The notes beneath the pieces are model-generated. The model did not search any database. It was not told the DNA's origin and saw only the letters and a list, made by a program, of their open reading frames with translations. Positions 1-11,300 of a stretch of DNA of 52,319 nucleotides are shown here, piece after piece. Source of the DNA: Fistulifera solaris (lineage: Eukaryota); contig AP026143.1 of assembly GCA_030295235.1 (NCBI GenBank), positions 806,001 to 858,319 on the forward strand, written 5' to 3'. Numbering within the stretch: the stretch's first letter is position 1; every line of letters begins with the position of its first letter. The translations under genes were made by a program, and so were the position numbers.

Positions 1-1569
1 CCTTGGAATTCTCCATTAATTCAAATCCAGTCGGAGAACGTACCATACGCCAAAATCCCACCAAATGTTCACGACTAGGATACGGAGGAAGTACTGGCGT
101 TGGTGTAGATGTTGCTTGAGGCTTGTCAGCGATTAAGGTCCCGTTCTTATACTGAGCAAATATTGGATTGTCTTCAATAGCGGGTTTGTCTTTCTTGGTA
201 GAAAGTTGTTGCAAACTACGTTCACGAGCTCGGGAAGCGATGACGTTTTGAATTTTTTCCCGCATCCATCCGTCCAATGCGGCCGGGTCTGGAGGAGACT
301 CTGGCTTGTTCGGCTCGAGTATGGAGTCAAGTTCCACACTTTCTTGGTCGGCGATGTTCGACAATGCGTCGTAAGACTTATCTTCAGATTCGCTCTGCCC
401 GTGTAGTTGCTGCAAACGCTGCCTTGTTTTTGATAATATCATGTCGTCCTCCTCGGTGGTCTGCGATCCTGAAAAGGCATTGCGCGGTTCTTCTTGGTTT
501 TCTAGTTGATTCGAATTCTTCAGCGACTTTTCAGCTTTTTGGATTCGTCCTTCTTGATATTTTTGGAATTCTTGTTCGCGTCGTAGTAGCGTTTGATTCG
601 TTCCAACGGGCAAAGGCCACGTTGCACTAGGCCAAGGAGCAAACGCTGTGTTGTCTTTAGACAAGGCATACAACCCGATTTCGGGCAATCGCAGGGCATC
701 TAGTCCTAATGCATCATCCATGTATTGCATCCAGAACAAAGGCGATATCCCATTCCCACCTTGATCAGATGTGAGTGTATATCGTTGATTGTCGTCATCG
801 TCTGCAGTAATGTTGTTTGCGTTTTGTAGTATCATTTCCCAATCATCGGGTAGCTGCAGGAAGGGGGAGGCGCAACTCTGTCTCGTGCTCCTGTTCCAGA
901 GCCCAGGATAATGTCCATGACGGCGATTGCTGAAGCACTGTTTGATTCAAACTTTGCACAAAAGAGTTTACGAAGGGACTGACACCGTTCGAAGTCGCAA
1001 ACAATACACTATTGTCGACGCTATTTCCCTCCAATCCCTTCCACGACACCATCCACGGTTCTTGTTGTAATGCTGGTTGTTGTAATACAGTCTCGATACA
1101 TTTCTGCACTTGCTGCAAAGCCTGATTCGCGTCTTTTTCCTCTTTCATTTCGAGTTGCAATAAAGGCAGGCGCAACGCCGCCGCCGGGATGCACGCATGC
1201 ACCAAAAGCGGACAATGATAGAGAATAGCGCGTTGAATGCTTTCCAATTCGAGTGCTAATTCGTGACATGTCTCCATCGGAACAGCAATCAAGAATTTTT
1301 GTGTTGATTGTTGACGGTTCATTCTGATGTTCGGTTTCCTGTCGTCGTTCGTTTCGTCGTCTTTGTTGTTTTCATTCAGAAAATTGCGAATGAATTGAGA
1401 CATTTGTGACGATTCTTCGGGTCGTTGGGATAAGGCTAAAGATGATTCTATCGGCAAATGATGTCGTTTTAATTGTTGATGAGGAAGAACCGTCCATCCT
1501 CGAACGACATTCACCGCAAAAAAAAAGGAAAAGCACTTTCGTATTTGTGAGGAAATTGAAAGACCACAT
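1..1569 (-). CDS. Hypothetical protein, probably plastid-targeted; 3' end runs off the window; two apparent homopolymer frameshifts
   Basis: ATG at 1569 gives MWSFNFLTNTKVLFLFF. Removing one base from the A-run at ~1518-1527 joins ORF 843..1514 (AVNVVRG-W, a signal peptide followed by W). Removing one base from the G-run at ~863-867 continues the frame (LPFLQLPDDWEM...GGNGISPLFWMQY...LPPYPSREHLVGFWRMVRSPTG) without a stop to position 1. Confidence 0.7.
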
Positions 1570-1715
1570 GATTGTTATGCGATAAACGAAGACTTTTTTG
1601 ACAAGGAAAGAGGATTGAATACGAAAAAATGGCTCAAGATGCTCATCACTCATCATTCATCATTCATCTAAACTATTAGTATGGTCTAGTATAATAAGCG
1701 GCTGCGCACTTCGTA

Positions 1716-1820
1716 TTTTCACGTCCACAAAAATCTGCGCATGTGTTATTCAAATCATCCACAGAAAATCTGTGGGAGTGGTATTATGACGCATCCAGAA
1801 AATCTGGGAGAGAAAATCTG
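1716..1820 (+). repeat. Short array of ~34-bp degenerate repeats (core CAGAAAATCTG), inverted homolog of 7798-7895
   Basis: AAAATCTG recurs at ~1730, 1765, 1799 and 1814. The stretch ttttcacgtccacaaaaatctg...cagaaaatctgtgggagtg aligns with the reverse complement of 7798-7895. Confidence 0.6.
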
Positions 1821-2429
1821 GTCGTGTGCAGTTGTGGACTCAAAAACCATCACTTTGACAACGTTTCGTAATTCGTAAGGCTCTTTGACAAAAAAACAGA
1901 GTGACGTGTAATACAAACGCTGCTAAAGCCTATTTTATTGCAACAGCAACCAGTGGAGCTCAAGTCATTTTTTTGCAAGTGGAGTTTTGACGTGCACAGA
2001 GAATCTGGGAGTATGGTTTTTCCAATTTGACAGAAAATATGATAATGTGGTGGCTCATTGCACAAGATGCAGATGACCAGAAACCGTGCTGGCAAGTCCC
2101 ACCAAACGGAGTAATAACTTTGTAATTTTGTAAGGATCAGTTGATGTTATCGTCGTCTTGCAGACGAAAAGAAAGTATTGATCGACATTTTTCTGTTGGT
2201 TATTTTGGGAAATTGCATTGCAATCGTACCAGTCCCTACAGGGTATGAGATCCCACTTGGGTTGGGTGATCCGATTTCGGTAAAAGTAGTACAAGAAAAG
2301 AAGATCCTGCTATTCTTATCTTTATAAACGAAATCCGATCCAGCGATGAAGAAGCCCTCCAAGTGGAACTCGACATGCCGTGCACACGAGGGGAAGACGT
2401 GGCACGAGACATCTTGACAATTGGTTATT

Positions 2430-2467
2430 TTCAGCAACAATTTGTTAACGTTTGCTGCGTCATTCAT
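2430..2467 (-). promoter_or_regulatory. Candidate non-canonical SECIS-like hairpin in the 3' UTR of the selenoprotein
   Basis: Minus strand reads AUGAC-GCAGCAA-acguuaacaaa-UUGUUGC-UGAA, ~65-100 nt after the stop. This gives an AUGA/UGA core closing a 7-bp helix with AA in the loop. The helix is shorter than the canonical 11-12 bp. Confidence 0.25.
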
Positions 2468-2531
2468 AGAGATGATTCAAACTGAGGTTCGGAATTCGTT
2501 CATTCCTGTACGTAATTTGGACTACTTGTTG

Positions 2532-3236
2532 TTAGAGCTCATCACTCGCAGTAAGCTCGGTCTTTACTGCAGCAAGCATTTTGGAAAGGATGCGACGGCG
2601 ACGCATATTCCATTCTTGTAATGCCTCCTGCAATCGCTCGACATCCATACCCGAAATACGCTGATACTCCTGCTCGATTTCCTCTAAAGTTTTAGGACTC
2701 ATGCGCTCCAAGTAGTCAATTTCATGCTGATTGCAATTGGTTTTATCCAATCCACACAAGACCGTCTTTCCATACTCTTCAATGTAATCGACCATGGCCT
2801 CAAAGGTACCGAGTTCATCGCAGATGGATTTTGTTGTTTTCTTGACATACGAACCACCGTCGACACCCGTTTCACTCGTAAAGTAACGAATGGTTGGCCA
2901 GCCGCCACTGCCCGGATTGTGAGGAGGTCCTCTGACATCGGAGCCAGCTTCGGCTAAATTGATGTCGCCGAAAACGACATCGTTGTTCCCCTGAAACGCC
3001 CGCACGGCACGATTCCATGCGGGCGCTTGCTTTCGTCATCAGCCTCATCCAGAACTGGCAATCCAGCGAACGAACGCGGTTTTGCCGTTAGAGGAAGCCG
3101 CAGTGACAAAACTGTCGAGCGCTTCGCGATCTTGGATTTCCGTCACTAGCGAAAAGTGCCCTTCGGGGTAAATGGCTTGCACAACAGTCATCGAGCAGAG
3201 CCAAATGACCGCGAGGCCGTTGCTAAAAGTCTTCAT
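2532..3236 (-). CDS. ER-resident thioredoxin/PDI-like selenoprotein with GUGUU motif (algal PDI_e type), 234 aa, Sec at codons 64, 66 and 67
   Basis: ORFs 3045..3278 and 2532..3005 share a frame and are separated only by GGA TGA GGC TGA TGA CGA, with TGAs at 3047-3045, 3041-3039 and 3038-3036. The read-through product is signal peptide - FVRWIASSG-U-G-U-U-RKQAPAWN...FGDINL...GGWPTIRYF...SDEL. The TGAs sit at the thioredoxin CxxC position; WPTI is the cis-Pro motif and SDEL is an ER-retention signal. Confidence 0.9.
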
Positions 3237-3511
3237 CGCTCTGTTTCCGCGTCTTCTCTCGCTTCTTTTCAGCTGCAAAAGAGAATTTCACAGATAGAGA
3301 ACAAGTAGTCTAAATCAAGTCGCTAATAGACTCCGAGGAAATGATAAACTCGACTCTTCGCTCTTTATGGTCACGAAGTCGGCAAGCAGCTGCTCAAAAA
3401 AAGTATTGCGACTTGCGATGACTGTGACCGTTGGTGTTGGTGTTGGCGAAAGGCGAAAGTAGATCGGTGCGTACGCAGACAGACTGTACCTCTGCGACGG
3501 TGAGTGCAAAG

Positions 3512-4948
3512 CTAGATACCATCGGCTTCAAACGTAATGATTCGTCCACAATCGTCCATAAGTTGATTCATGCGCAAAGATGGCTGATCGGTAACGTCAA
3601 TGAAGCTTCCAATGATTCGCGCCGGTACTCCCACTGCCACTGAATGTGCGGGAAGATTGGCAATCACTAAAGTTCCAGCTCCAATTTGACATCCATCTCC
3701 TTTAGCGCGACAAAAAGTTAGTCCGTATAAACTTTAGACACATGAGAATCTGATGGCTCTTACCGATACGAACGGGACCGAGCAGGGTGGCACCTGCTCC
3801 CAACAAAACACCATTTCCGACTTTAGGATGCCGATCGACGCCTTTCTTTCCCGATCCGCCCAACGTGACATGATGCAAAATACTGCAATTGTGACCGATA
3901 GATGCCTATAAGCAAAAAGTGCGATAGAATTAGACTCATGGAGTGACGTCGAAATAAGACTCTTTTCGTCTTACCGTAGAGCCAATGACAACACCGGTCC
4001 CATGATCGAGTAGTATACCGCTCCCCAATGTAGCCGCCGGATGAATATCAATTTGAAACGTTTGTGAACTTTGTGATTGCAAAAGAGCGCTTGAGTATGT
4101 TTCCCCAGACTCCACAAATAATGCGCGACGCGGTGAGTCTGAAGAGCGTGAAAGCCCTTAAAGTACAAAAAAGCGTCGGGCAAGTAGCTGCAGGCAGGAT
4201 CACGATCTCGTACAGCCATAATATCTGCTCGCAACGATCGTCGAAATACTGGACTGTGTTGCAGAGCATCCAAAACGAGCGATTGCAACTGTGTTGAAAT
4301 CATCATAGCGGGGCTTTGTAACCGATTGGCTAGCAAGAAAGCCAGCGAACTTTCCAGCGATGGATGATTTAGAATCGTGCTGTGCAGAAACGATACCAGT
4401 AATGGTTCTCGACTGGCTTGCTCATAAGCTTCATGGCGAAGGAGATCCCACACGAGATCAATTTTGCCATCTTGACTATAAACGCTCTCGGGGATGCTGA
4501 GATCAATGTCAGGATAAAGAGGAATCATCGTTGCATTTACGTCTTTAGACGACAACGTCGATGACGATGCATGTGTATTGTCTGGATTCGTTGCAGCAAA
4601 ATGTTGTTCGTCCCACAATGCTGATCGCAAAGTCTGTGATGTTTCATCGTGAGCTACCACATGATGCGTTGTTACGAGAGAAACGTTGGTAGATGTTGCT
4701 GCAGCTGTTTCTTCCGAAGATAAAGAGGCAATGCTGATATATGATATATTATTGTCGACAAGAGTTGGCTTTTCGACAGGGAGAGGAGCCATCCAATGCT
4801 TTGCCGCATCCGTGTTGTCGTCGTCTTCTCCTCCGAGTTTGTAGCGAACACCGAAAAGAGATAATGATATTCTTGCGAACGACGAATGCAGAGGAAGCCA
4901 CGCCGCCGTCAGTGCAGGAAAGAGGAACAGTAAGTGCGATAATTTCAT
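3512..4948 (-). CDS. cysE: Serine O-acetyltransferase, probably plastid-targeted; 3 exons (4948-3975, 3905-3764, 3699-3512)
   Basis: Motifs EPLLVSFLHSTILNH, RDRDPAC, FLYFKGFHALQTHRVAH, IDIHPAATLGSGILLDHGTGVVIG, VTLGGSGKKGVDRHPKVG and VAVGVPARII. GT-AG introns at 3974-3906 and 3763-3700. One base is missing in the A-run at 4081-4084 (apparent frameshift). N-terminal signal ALTAA-W. Confidence 0.93.
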
Positions 4949-5070
4949 GATGTGATAGTCTAGACTATTTTGATAAAAGATTTGAAAATCAAAGATTGAT
5001 CATTGATTACGGATTACGGAGCAATTAATGATTTTGATGAGATTGGTTTTTTGAAGCGTATCGAGAATCA

Positions 5071-5400
5071 TTGCGTCTACACAAATTCTACGTTGCCGCC
5101 GTAGGAAATTTATCTCTGCAGGGGTACCCGGACATTGCATTTCTCGCACTCGTCCAATTCATGGCTTTCCAGTGCACAGATGTCAACGTTTGCTTGTCCA
5201 CCGTATTTATTTCGTATCAGGAAGCAATGAACGCCATCGATTTGAAAACAAAAAGTTGGTGGAACGAATGATGCAACGCTTCGAATGTCTACGTGATTTC
5301 ACGTGGCTCTCGTAGGGAAATTTATCGACAGAGGGGAGACCCGGAGCTTGTGTATTTGGATCCCACCCTTTTTCGGGTTTGTTCGACACCAAGTGCAATT
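5071..5400 (+). pseudogene. Degenerate fragment of an FG-GAP/VCBS-like repeat protein (copy A)
   Basis: Translates to VAAVGNLSLQGYPDIAF, resembling the AVGDLxGDGxPDIVV blade motif. A second decayed unit lies ~210 nt later (gtagggaaatttatcgacagaggggagacccgga). Contains stops and frameshifts, and is homologous at DNA level to 32725-33000. Confidence 0.45.
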
Positions 5401-5612
5401 TGTCACTAATAGAGCAGTGAATCTTTTCATTCGCTCGCCTTGTTTCTATTTTACTTATTGCAGTCAGATAATATAATGATCTTCGTCCGCAGGGAAGCCT
5501 CATACCGACGGGTAGTGCACGGGCCCTGCGGAGTAGCTTCCTACCACAATGGGAGCAAGAGAAATCGCGTGTGCCTTGAGCCTCCGTCCTTCTCTTGCTC
5601 TGGAGAGAAGCC

Positions 5613-5736
5613 GAGTGATGTGCTGAGCCCTGAGGCCTTCACCGCTCCTCGCCTCAAATTCTCTGTTTCAAGGAATGAGTGTATGTGCTGTGCCTTGGGG
5701 CCTTCACCGCTCCTCGCCTTGATTCTCTTTTTCAAA
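5613..5736 (+). repeat. Tandem ~65-bp direct duplication inside a GC-rich segment of unknown nature
   Basis: gagtgatgtgctgagccctgaGGCCTTCACCGCTCCTCGCCTcaaattctct and gagtgtatgtgctgtgccttggGGCCTTCACCGCTCCTCGCCTtgattctct share a 21-nt exact core. Confidence 0.75.
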
Positions 5737-6490
5737 GCGCCATGGCAAAGACCATGGACAAAGTGCGGCCTGAGGGTAACTTCAGTGTTGGTACCAGCGT
5801 ATGCGTGGCAGGTTGCGTAGTAAGAGGAGAGAAGCTTACTCGACACCCAAAGATGGTGTCTTGCGGGAGGAAAAACCTCCCAGCAGAATAAATCCACGGT
5901 GACGACCTGGTATGCAATCACTCCGCAAAGTTGCCATGGAAATTCCACGACAGAGGAGGATGGCACCAACGGCGACGGCCTCAAAAGAGGACCGATACGA
6001 CCGATTGCGATGACCATACCTATCCCGGTGGCATCCCCCAGATTGGCGACCCCGCCAAAGGAGGGCCGGCTGAAAACCAGCAGGAAGAGGTTAGCTCCAT
6101 ATTAAGGCAGCATGGTAGAAATTCCACCCGAAGGATGATCCCGGCGACAAAGTCGACTGAGAAGGCATACCTTGAGGTGGCGGCCCCGTGTTAGGGCCAA
6201 GTCCCAACATCGAGAAGGCTCGCTCTACCCGACCCCAAAGGGGGGTTGTTTGATTGCATAAGCATACGCGTCCCCCGTCCGACAAAGGGCGGCGCCCAAA
6301 AAGAGGTGAAAAATGGACCACAAAAGTGTAAGCTCTCTTCCACACAGCCCCAGCATAAGACTGAGACTGCGCCAGCAAAAAGCTGGCCTATATTTATCAA
6401 TGTGACGCAAAAGTAAAAGTGCAATGAAGAAATTAATAACTAGAAACAAACATTTCAGAAGAAGAAAATTTATATAATCTAGGTTTATTC

Positions 6491-6530
6491 GCAGCAGCAG
6501 CAGCAGCAGCGGCGGCAGCGGCAGCGGCAG
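6491..6530 (+). repeat. (GCA/GCG)n microsatellite
   Basis: gcagcagcagcagcagcagcggcggcagcggcagcggcag read directly. Confidence 0.9.
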
Positions 6531-7797
6531 TAGTTGAATGATTTCTTATTTACTCTAGTCTTGTCCTTTCGTTTTTCATTGTTTGAGAATAATTCCGCCT
6601 GTCAAACGGCTTGGGTACGATCAACGTGCGAGAAAGGAAATTTTATATTAGTCGTATGCACATTTGAATGGCTTCGTCCAACTAGTGTCTACGCAACGTT
6701 TTGCTGGCAGATTTTGCTGCATTAATCTCGTAAAGTACTCCCTGATCGGAATAGCGAACAGATAAACACCGTACCAGGTACAAAAATAGTCTGAATGAAC
6801 TATCTGTGCGTTTCGTCTCAAGAATAGCCGCCTCCCACAGAAAATTAAAGGACATGTGTTCTTAACACGTCATAGACGAATGTATGAGCGTTCAGCAATT
6901 TCGAGCTGGACATGCACTTGCAGAAAGATCTTTACAAATGCAAAAGACTTGCGAAAGGGCTGCGATCATTCACACTTTCGTTTTCTTCGCCCCTGGAACG
7001 TCTGCACTTTACTATCCATGCATTTATTCGTGGACTTCTTCAGCAAGCGCACTGATTTTTGTGAAATGGTGGTGGGGGTTTCACGGCTAGCCATTCGAAT
7101 CGCTCACCACTCGCACTGTTGGGAACTTACAACTCCATTGTTCTGCTTACAGAAAAAGAAGACTTAGTCTTCCATATCCGCTCCTTCTGAAATGCTAACG
7201 TCGCTAAACAGACTTTGCAACTGAATTTTTCGTAGATCGATCATTTCCGTGACTCATTTTTGTGACTTTTGATGAACAATCAGATGCTATTGGACTCCAG
7301 ACGGTGATGGTGAGCCATCCTTACCGCGATACTTTTTTAAGAACCCAGAATCCGCAAACAGTTCTCAAACATTACAGGCGTTTCCTCCGAAATCGACTCA
7401 ACTACTCTTTTTTCTTCATTTATTTATCCACCTCCACGTCGTCGTGTGTGAGCGACACGGCTCTCTTTTCCCATAACCGATCATTCGTTCGTACGGTTGT
7501 ATCCTCTTAAACCAGCAGCAATGTTTTGTTTGCTGCTAGATGGAGATTGCTTGCTTGTTTACAACGCTCGCATCATTGCTTTTATCACGCTGCGCTGAAT
7601 GAGACGCCCTACCCGCAAACGCCAGCAGCGCATCGTGCTTTCGTGTTCCTTGTCGTTAACACAGTGGTAGAAATCGCAAATTGGTGATATATTGACACCC
7701 GCGTTTAATTGTTTGCATTATTTGCAAAGAAACTATCGGCGATTTCTTGAGTGCTTGCTATGGGTGTTGTCGAAAATACCAGGTAAAACCATTCACA

Positions 7798-7895
7798 CAC
7801 ATTTTCTGGGAACGTGAAAGGACACTCCCCCACATTTTCTGGGAATGTTAAAAGATGACTCGCCCACATTTTCTGGGTACGTGAAAAGAACACTC
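7798..7895 (-). repeat. Three tandem 33-34-bp repeats (CACATTTTCTGGG core), inverted homolog of 1716-1820
   Basis: cacattttctggg begins at 7798, 7831 and 7865, each followed by a similar (a/t)a(c/t)gt(g/t)aaa...act motif. Confidence 0.8.
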
Positions 7896-8385
7896 TCGCA
7901 CTTTTTAAAATAAAAAATAAAATACTTTAAACAAAAGAACGATGGTAACAGGTAACAGGAAGTAGGCCGTGTTGTCTCTCTCTAGGTCCGTTCAATTTTG
8001 CGGAGCGCAGGCGGAGCGTAGGGAGCGTAGGGAGCGTACCTGGTAGTCGAGCACCGAGCACCATAGCTTACGGGAAAGGTTAGACCAGAAAGCTCTTGTA
8101 GATTGAGAGTGGCGTAATGTGTACATAAATAGCGATGATCCAGTACATCGTTTTGCTCAGTGCCCCATAACTTCATAAGCAGTTCATACGCGGATCGACG
8201 AGGACGAAAAAAGGCGCCATGGGCAACCGCGAGCGATTGCAAAGCTGCAAGCACCGCAACGGCAAAGATTCAATAGGAGTATAGCTCGTTCTACCTTGAA
8301 CTACTCCGCACCTTTGTTGTTATCATCATTCTTTATATTGTGTTTCGCAACACATAGAGAAAAAAGGCTCTTGATTTTATTTATC

Positions 8386-11300
8386 ATGTGGAAAAATCTT
8401 TTTACGGGAAGGCAAAACAATGCAGATGCTGCGGGGCAAGAGGAATTGCCGAGCAGTGCCTCCGCGTAAGTGCTTTTCTTGCAGACTATTTGCTTGAATA
8501 GATAAAGGATAATTCATCTCACATGATCTTCATTTCATATTCTGTGTATTGCAGTGATTCTCCGGGTCGCAACAGCAATGAAAAGCCACAATCGCAACGC
8601 TCCTTACAACTCCGCGCGAGTGAGACGATTCAGTTAGAGCGACAAGTGAGCATGGCGGCTCGGGAATTAGTCGAAAGCGTACAAAGTATCGTCATTGAAG
8701 CAAAAGAGAAGAAACTTGACTGGAAAGAACGCCTTTTGCAGTTGCTGGGGGAGACATCGACCGCCGATGAACAAGAGGAAACAGTTGAGACACCGATGAA
8801 AGTCTTATTGACGCACTGTAAATCGCTACCCACCTTTGCAGCACGCTGTATTGAACAAGAGTTGCCTCCCAATCTCATTCATTGCTTGCGTCTCCTGCGG
8901 GTTCTTGAGTTGAAGAACACGGATACCGAAACGCCAGCGGCGTTCAAGGCAACACGCAATACGAGTCGCCTCCTCATGGCTCTCTGTACTACTGCACAAA
9001 CAGGAGAGCAGTTGCAGTCGCACTTGTTCGGCTTACTAGCACTGAGTGGAGCCAGTTACCCAGAGACGGGATTAGCAGTCGCGATGGCGGCTTCCTCGGT
9101 CATTATTGCATTGGCGCAATACTGCTGGACGCCGCAAATTGTGTGGTATATTCATGATCGAAAGATGATCTTTCACATGACCGATGACGTCAAAGACTTG
9201 ATGCAATTGTCGACTACCGCTTCTGCTTCTGCTAGCACATCCTCGAATGCGTCGGTGGGTGACGGAGGAAGTATTGTTTCGAATGGATCGTCGGTTGCGA
9301 ACGGTTTGGTCGGCTCTGCTGCAGAAAAGGCAGGAATGTGGAGTATGGCATTGAAGACGCTCGTTTCGTTGGTCCATTACTCCACCCGGTATGGCAGTAC
9401 ATCTTTGGTAGAGGATTTTGTGGCGGCTGGGGGTCTGGCTGTTCTTAAAACGGCTCTGGAACAATCCACAGCTCCTCACGGGCGTGAGTTGGTCGAATTA
9501 ATCCCATTGTTGGTGTGCTGTGGATATCGAGTGGAGCAAACCAATTTGGATGAGATTGTTCCGCATCGCACTCAACAGGCGTACGATTTAAAGCTCGTGC
9601 AACATCCGCTAGCGTTGGAGCTTTTTCAAACTCTTTTGCAAGAAACAAACCCGCTCTTCGATGAGAACGAAACAGTCCAGTCCTTTGTCTTCCCGGATGC
9701 TTTCTCCGCGCTGACGAGCCGTTCCCTGACTCGCGCTTCAAGTGCTGACTTTCAATCTAAGTACGCATTTGACCTTCAAGGCGAATTCATTAGCATCCTG
9801 TTACGCTTATTCGCGGACCACCCTGACAACTACGAGCTGCTAGAGGAATCATATCATGCATTGACCTTTAGCGTTCTAGCTTTACCATGTCTGTCTCTTG
9901 ACACTAAAAATCTTGTTCTTAAAGCGTTGGAGTTTGTTTTAACGGGTGTTGGTGTGAAAGAACAGCTTTCACCGGTTCATGCTTGTGTCGAAATCTTCAT
10001 GGCGTTGATACACGGAATAGTCACCGAGAAAGACGACAAGTGGATAGACGACGCTGCTCTTATTGCAAGCACGTTAGAAAAATGGCTACAATTCGATCAG
10101 CGCGTTGCGCCGCTTCTGCTACAAAGTGGTTTGATGACGGCAAAACTAGAATCGTTATTGGGATGGCTAGAACCGCAAGTCGATTCGTCTGAATCGTCCT
10201 TACATGTTGCGACTGCTTTGGATATCGTTTGCAGGGTGTTTCGGTTGCTGGTTCTACATTTACCACCGCCAGAGCCAACTGTACGGCATCCGTTGCATAA
10301 ACTGGTCGAATTGACTATTCTGCGAGGTTGGAGTTTGGACGCCTGTCTAACGGTAGCTGGGGTCCTAGAAAACTATCTGATGGTACATCCACAGGACCTA
10401 GTATATATCTTCGATCTTGTGAAGATGATAGAAAAGCCACAGTCAGAAAAATCTGTTCTCTTGTGGAATATGATTCGAAATGTTCTTGAAGTGGCAGGCA
10501 AAGACTTGTTTAGGGAGTGCGGGGGCTTCGAAAAACTTCTCGAGTGCAAAACGGCGCCTTTAAATACCCTGTTGTCAGTGGTGGAGGCAGCACTGGGGCT
10601 ATCGAAATCGGTGTCGAATTCAACTGGCAAGAAGGACGGTTTGTATTGGCAACCGTCATGGGTGGACCCCTACAGCAGTCAACTCGTTCCTTGGAGTGAT
10701 GTGACTCGAAATCGATGCCATTTACTTCAAACGGATTTCTATTTCAAGGTTGCCGAACTTTTCAATGAGGAATACGAGAAAGCATTGGACAGTGCGTTTC
10801 AACACGTGGGACGTGACAAGGATACCATTCGAAACCCGGATGCAATACGCTTAGTGATTGCCTTGGTGAATACTCGGCCACCGCCAGCCACAGCGGCCGT
10901 AGGAGCTGTGCAGCAGTTGTTTGAATGGACTAACTCGCCGACCCTTCTGCAGCAACTTGCATGTATGGGACTAATTCACTTTCTTTCTGACGGAGAATGG
11001 TGGCAACCTATTCGACTTCGACTCGCAAGTTATCGTCTGTCTCTGACTGATTTTGTCGACTTGCTGCGATCTCATGCCGGCCCTTTGTTGCAACAACAAG
11101 ACCGCATCAAGGTACCCATTGTATCTGGCAGCAGTCGTAGAAATACTGTGGATGAGTTTGACGAGGGTCATGTAGTCGCTTGCTTGCAAACCTTAGTGGA
11201 GGCTGCCCGTGCTTCTTCCCAGGCTATATCGTCTGTGATGTTAGGAGGAGATTCAATTAATAGTTTAGCGGTGCTGAAACACGATGTCCCTCTGGTCGAT

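Noticed and set aside
1850..2490. Short ORFs downstream of the selenoprotein
   Set aside because: No start or splice structure or family motif that I can support; the region overlaps the expected 3' UTR.
6534..7700. Short + strand ORFs upstream of the BEACH gene
   Set aside because: No recognisable motifs and no consistent exon chain.
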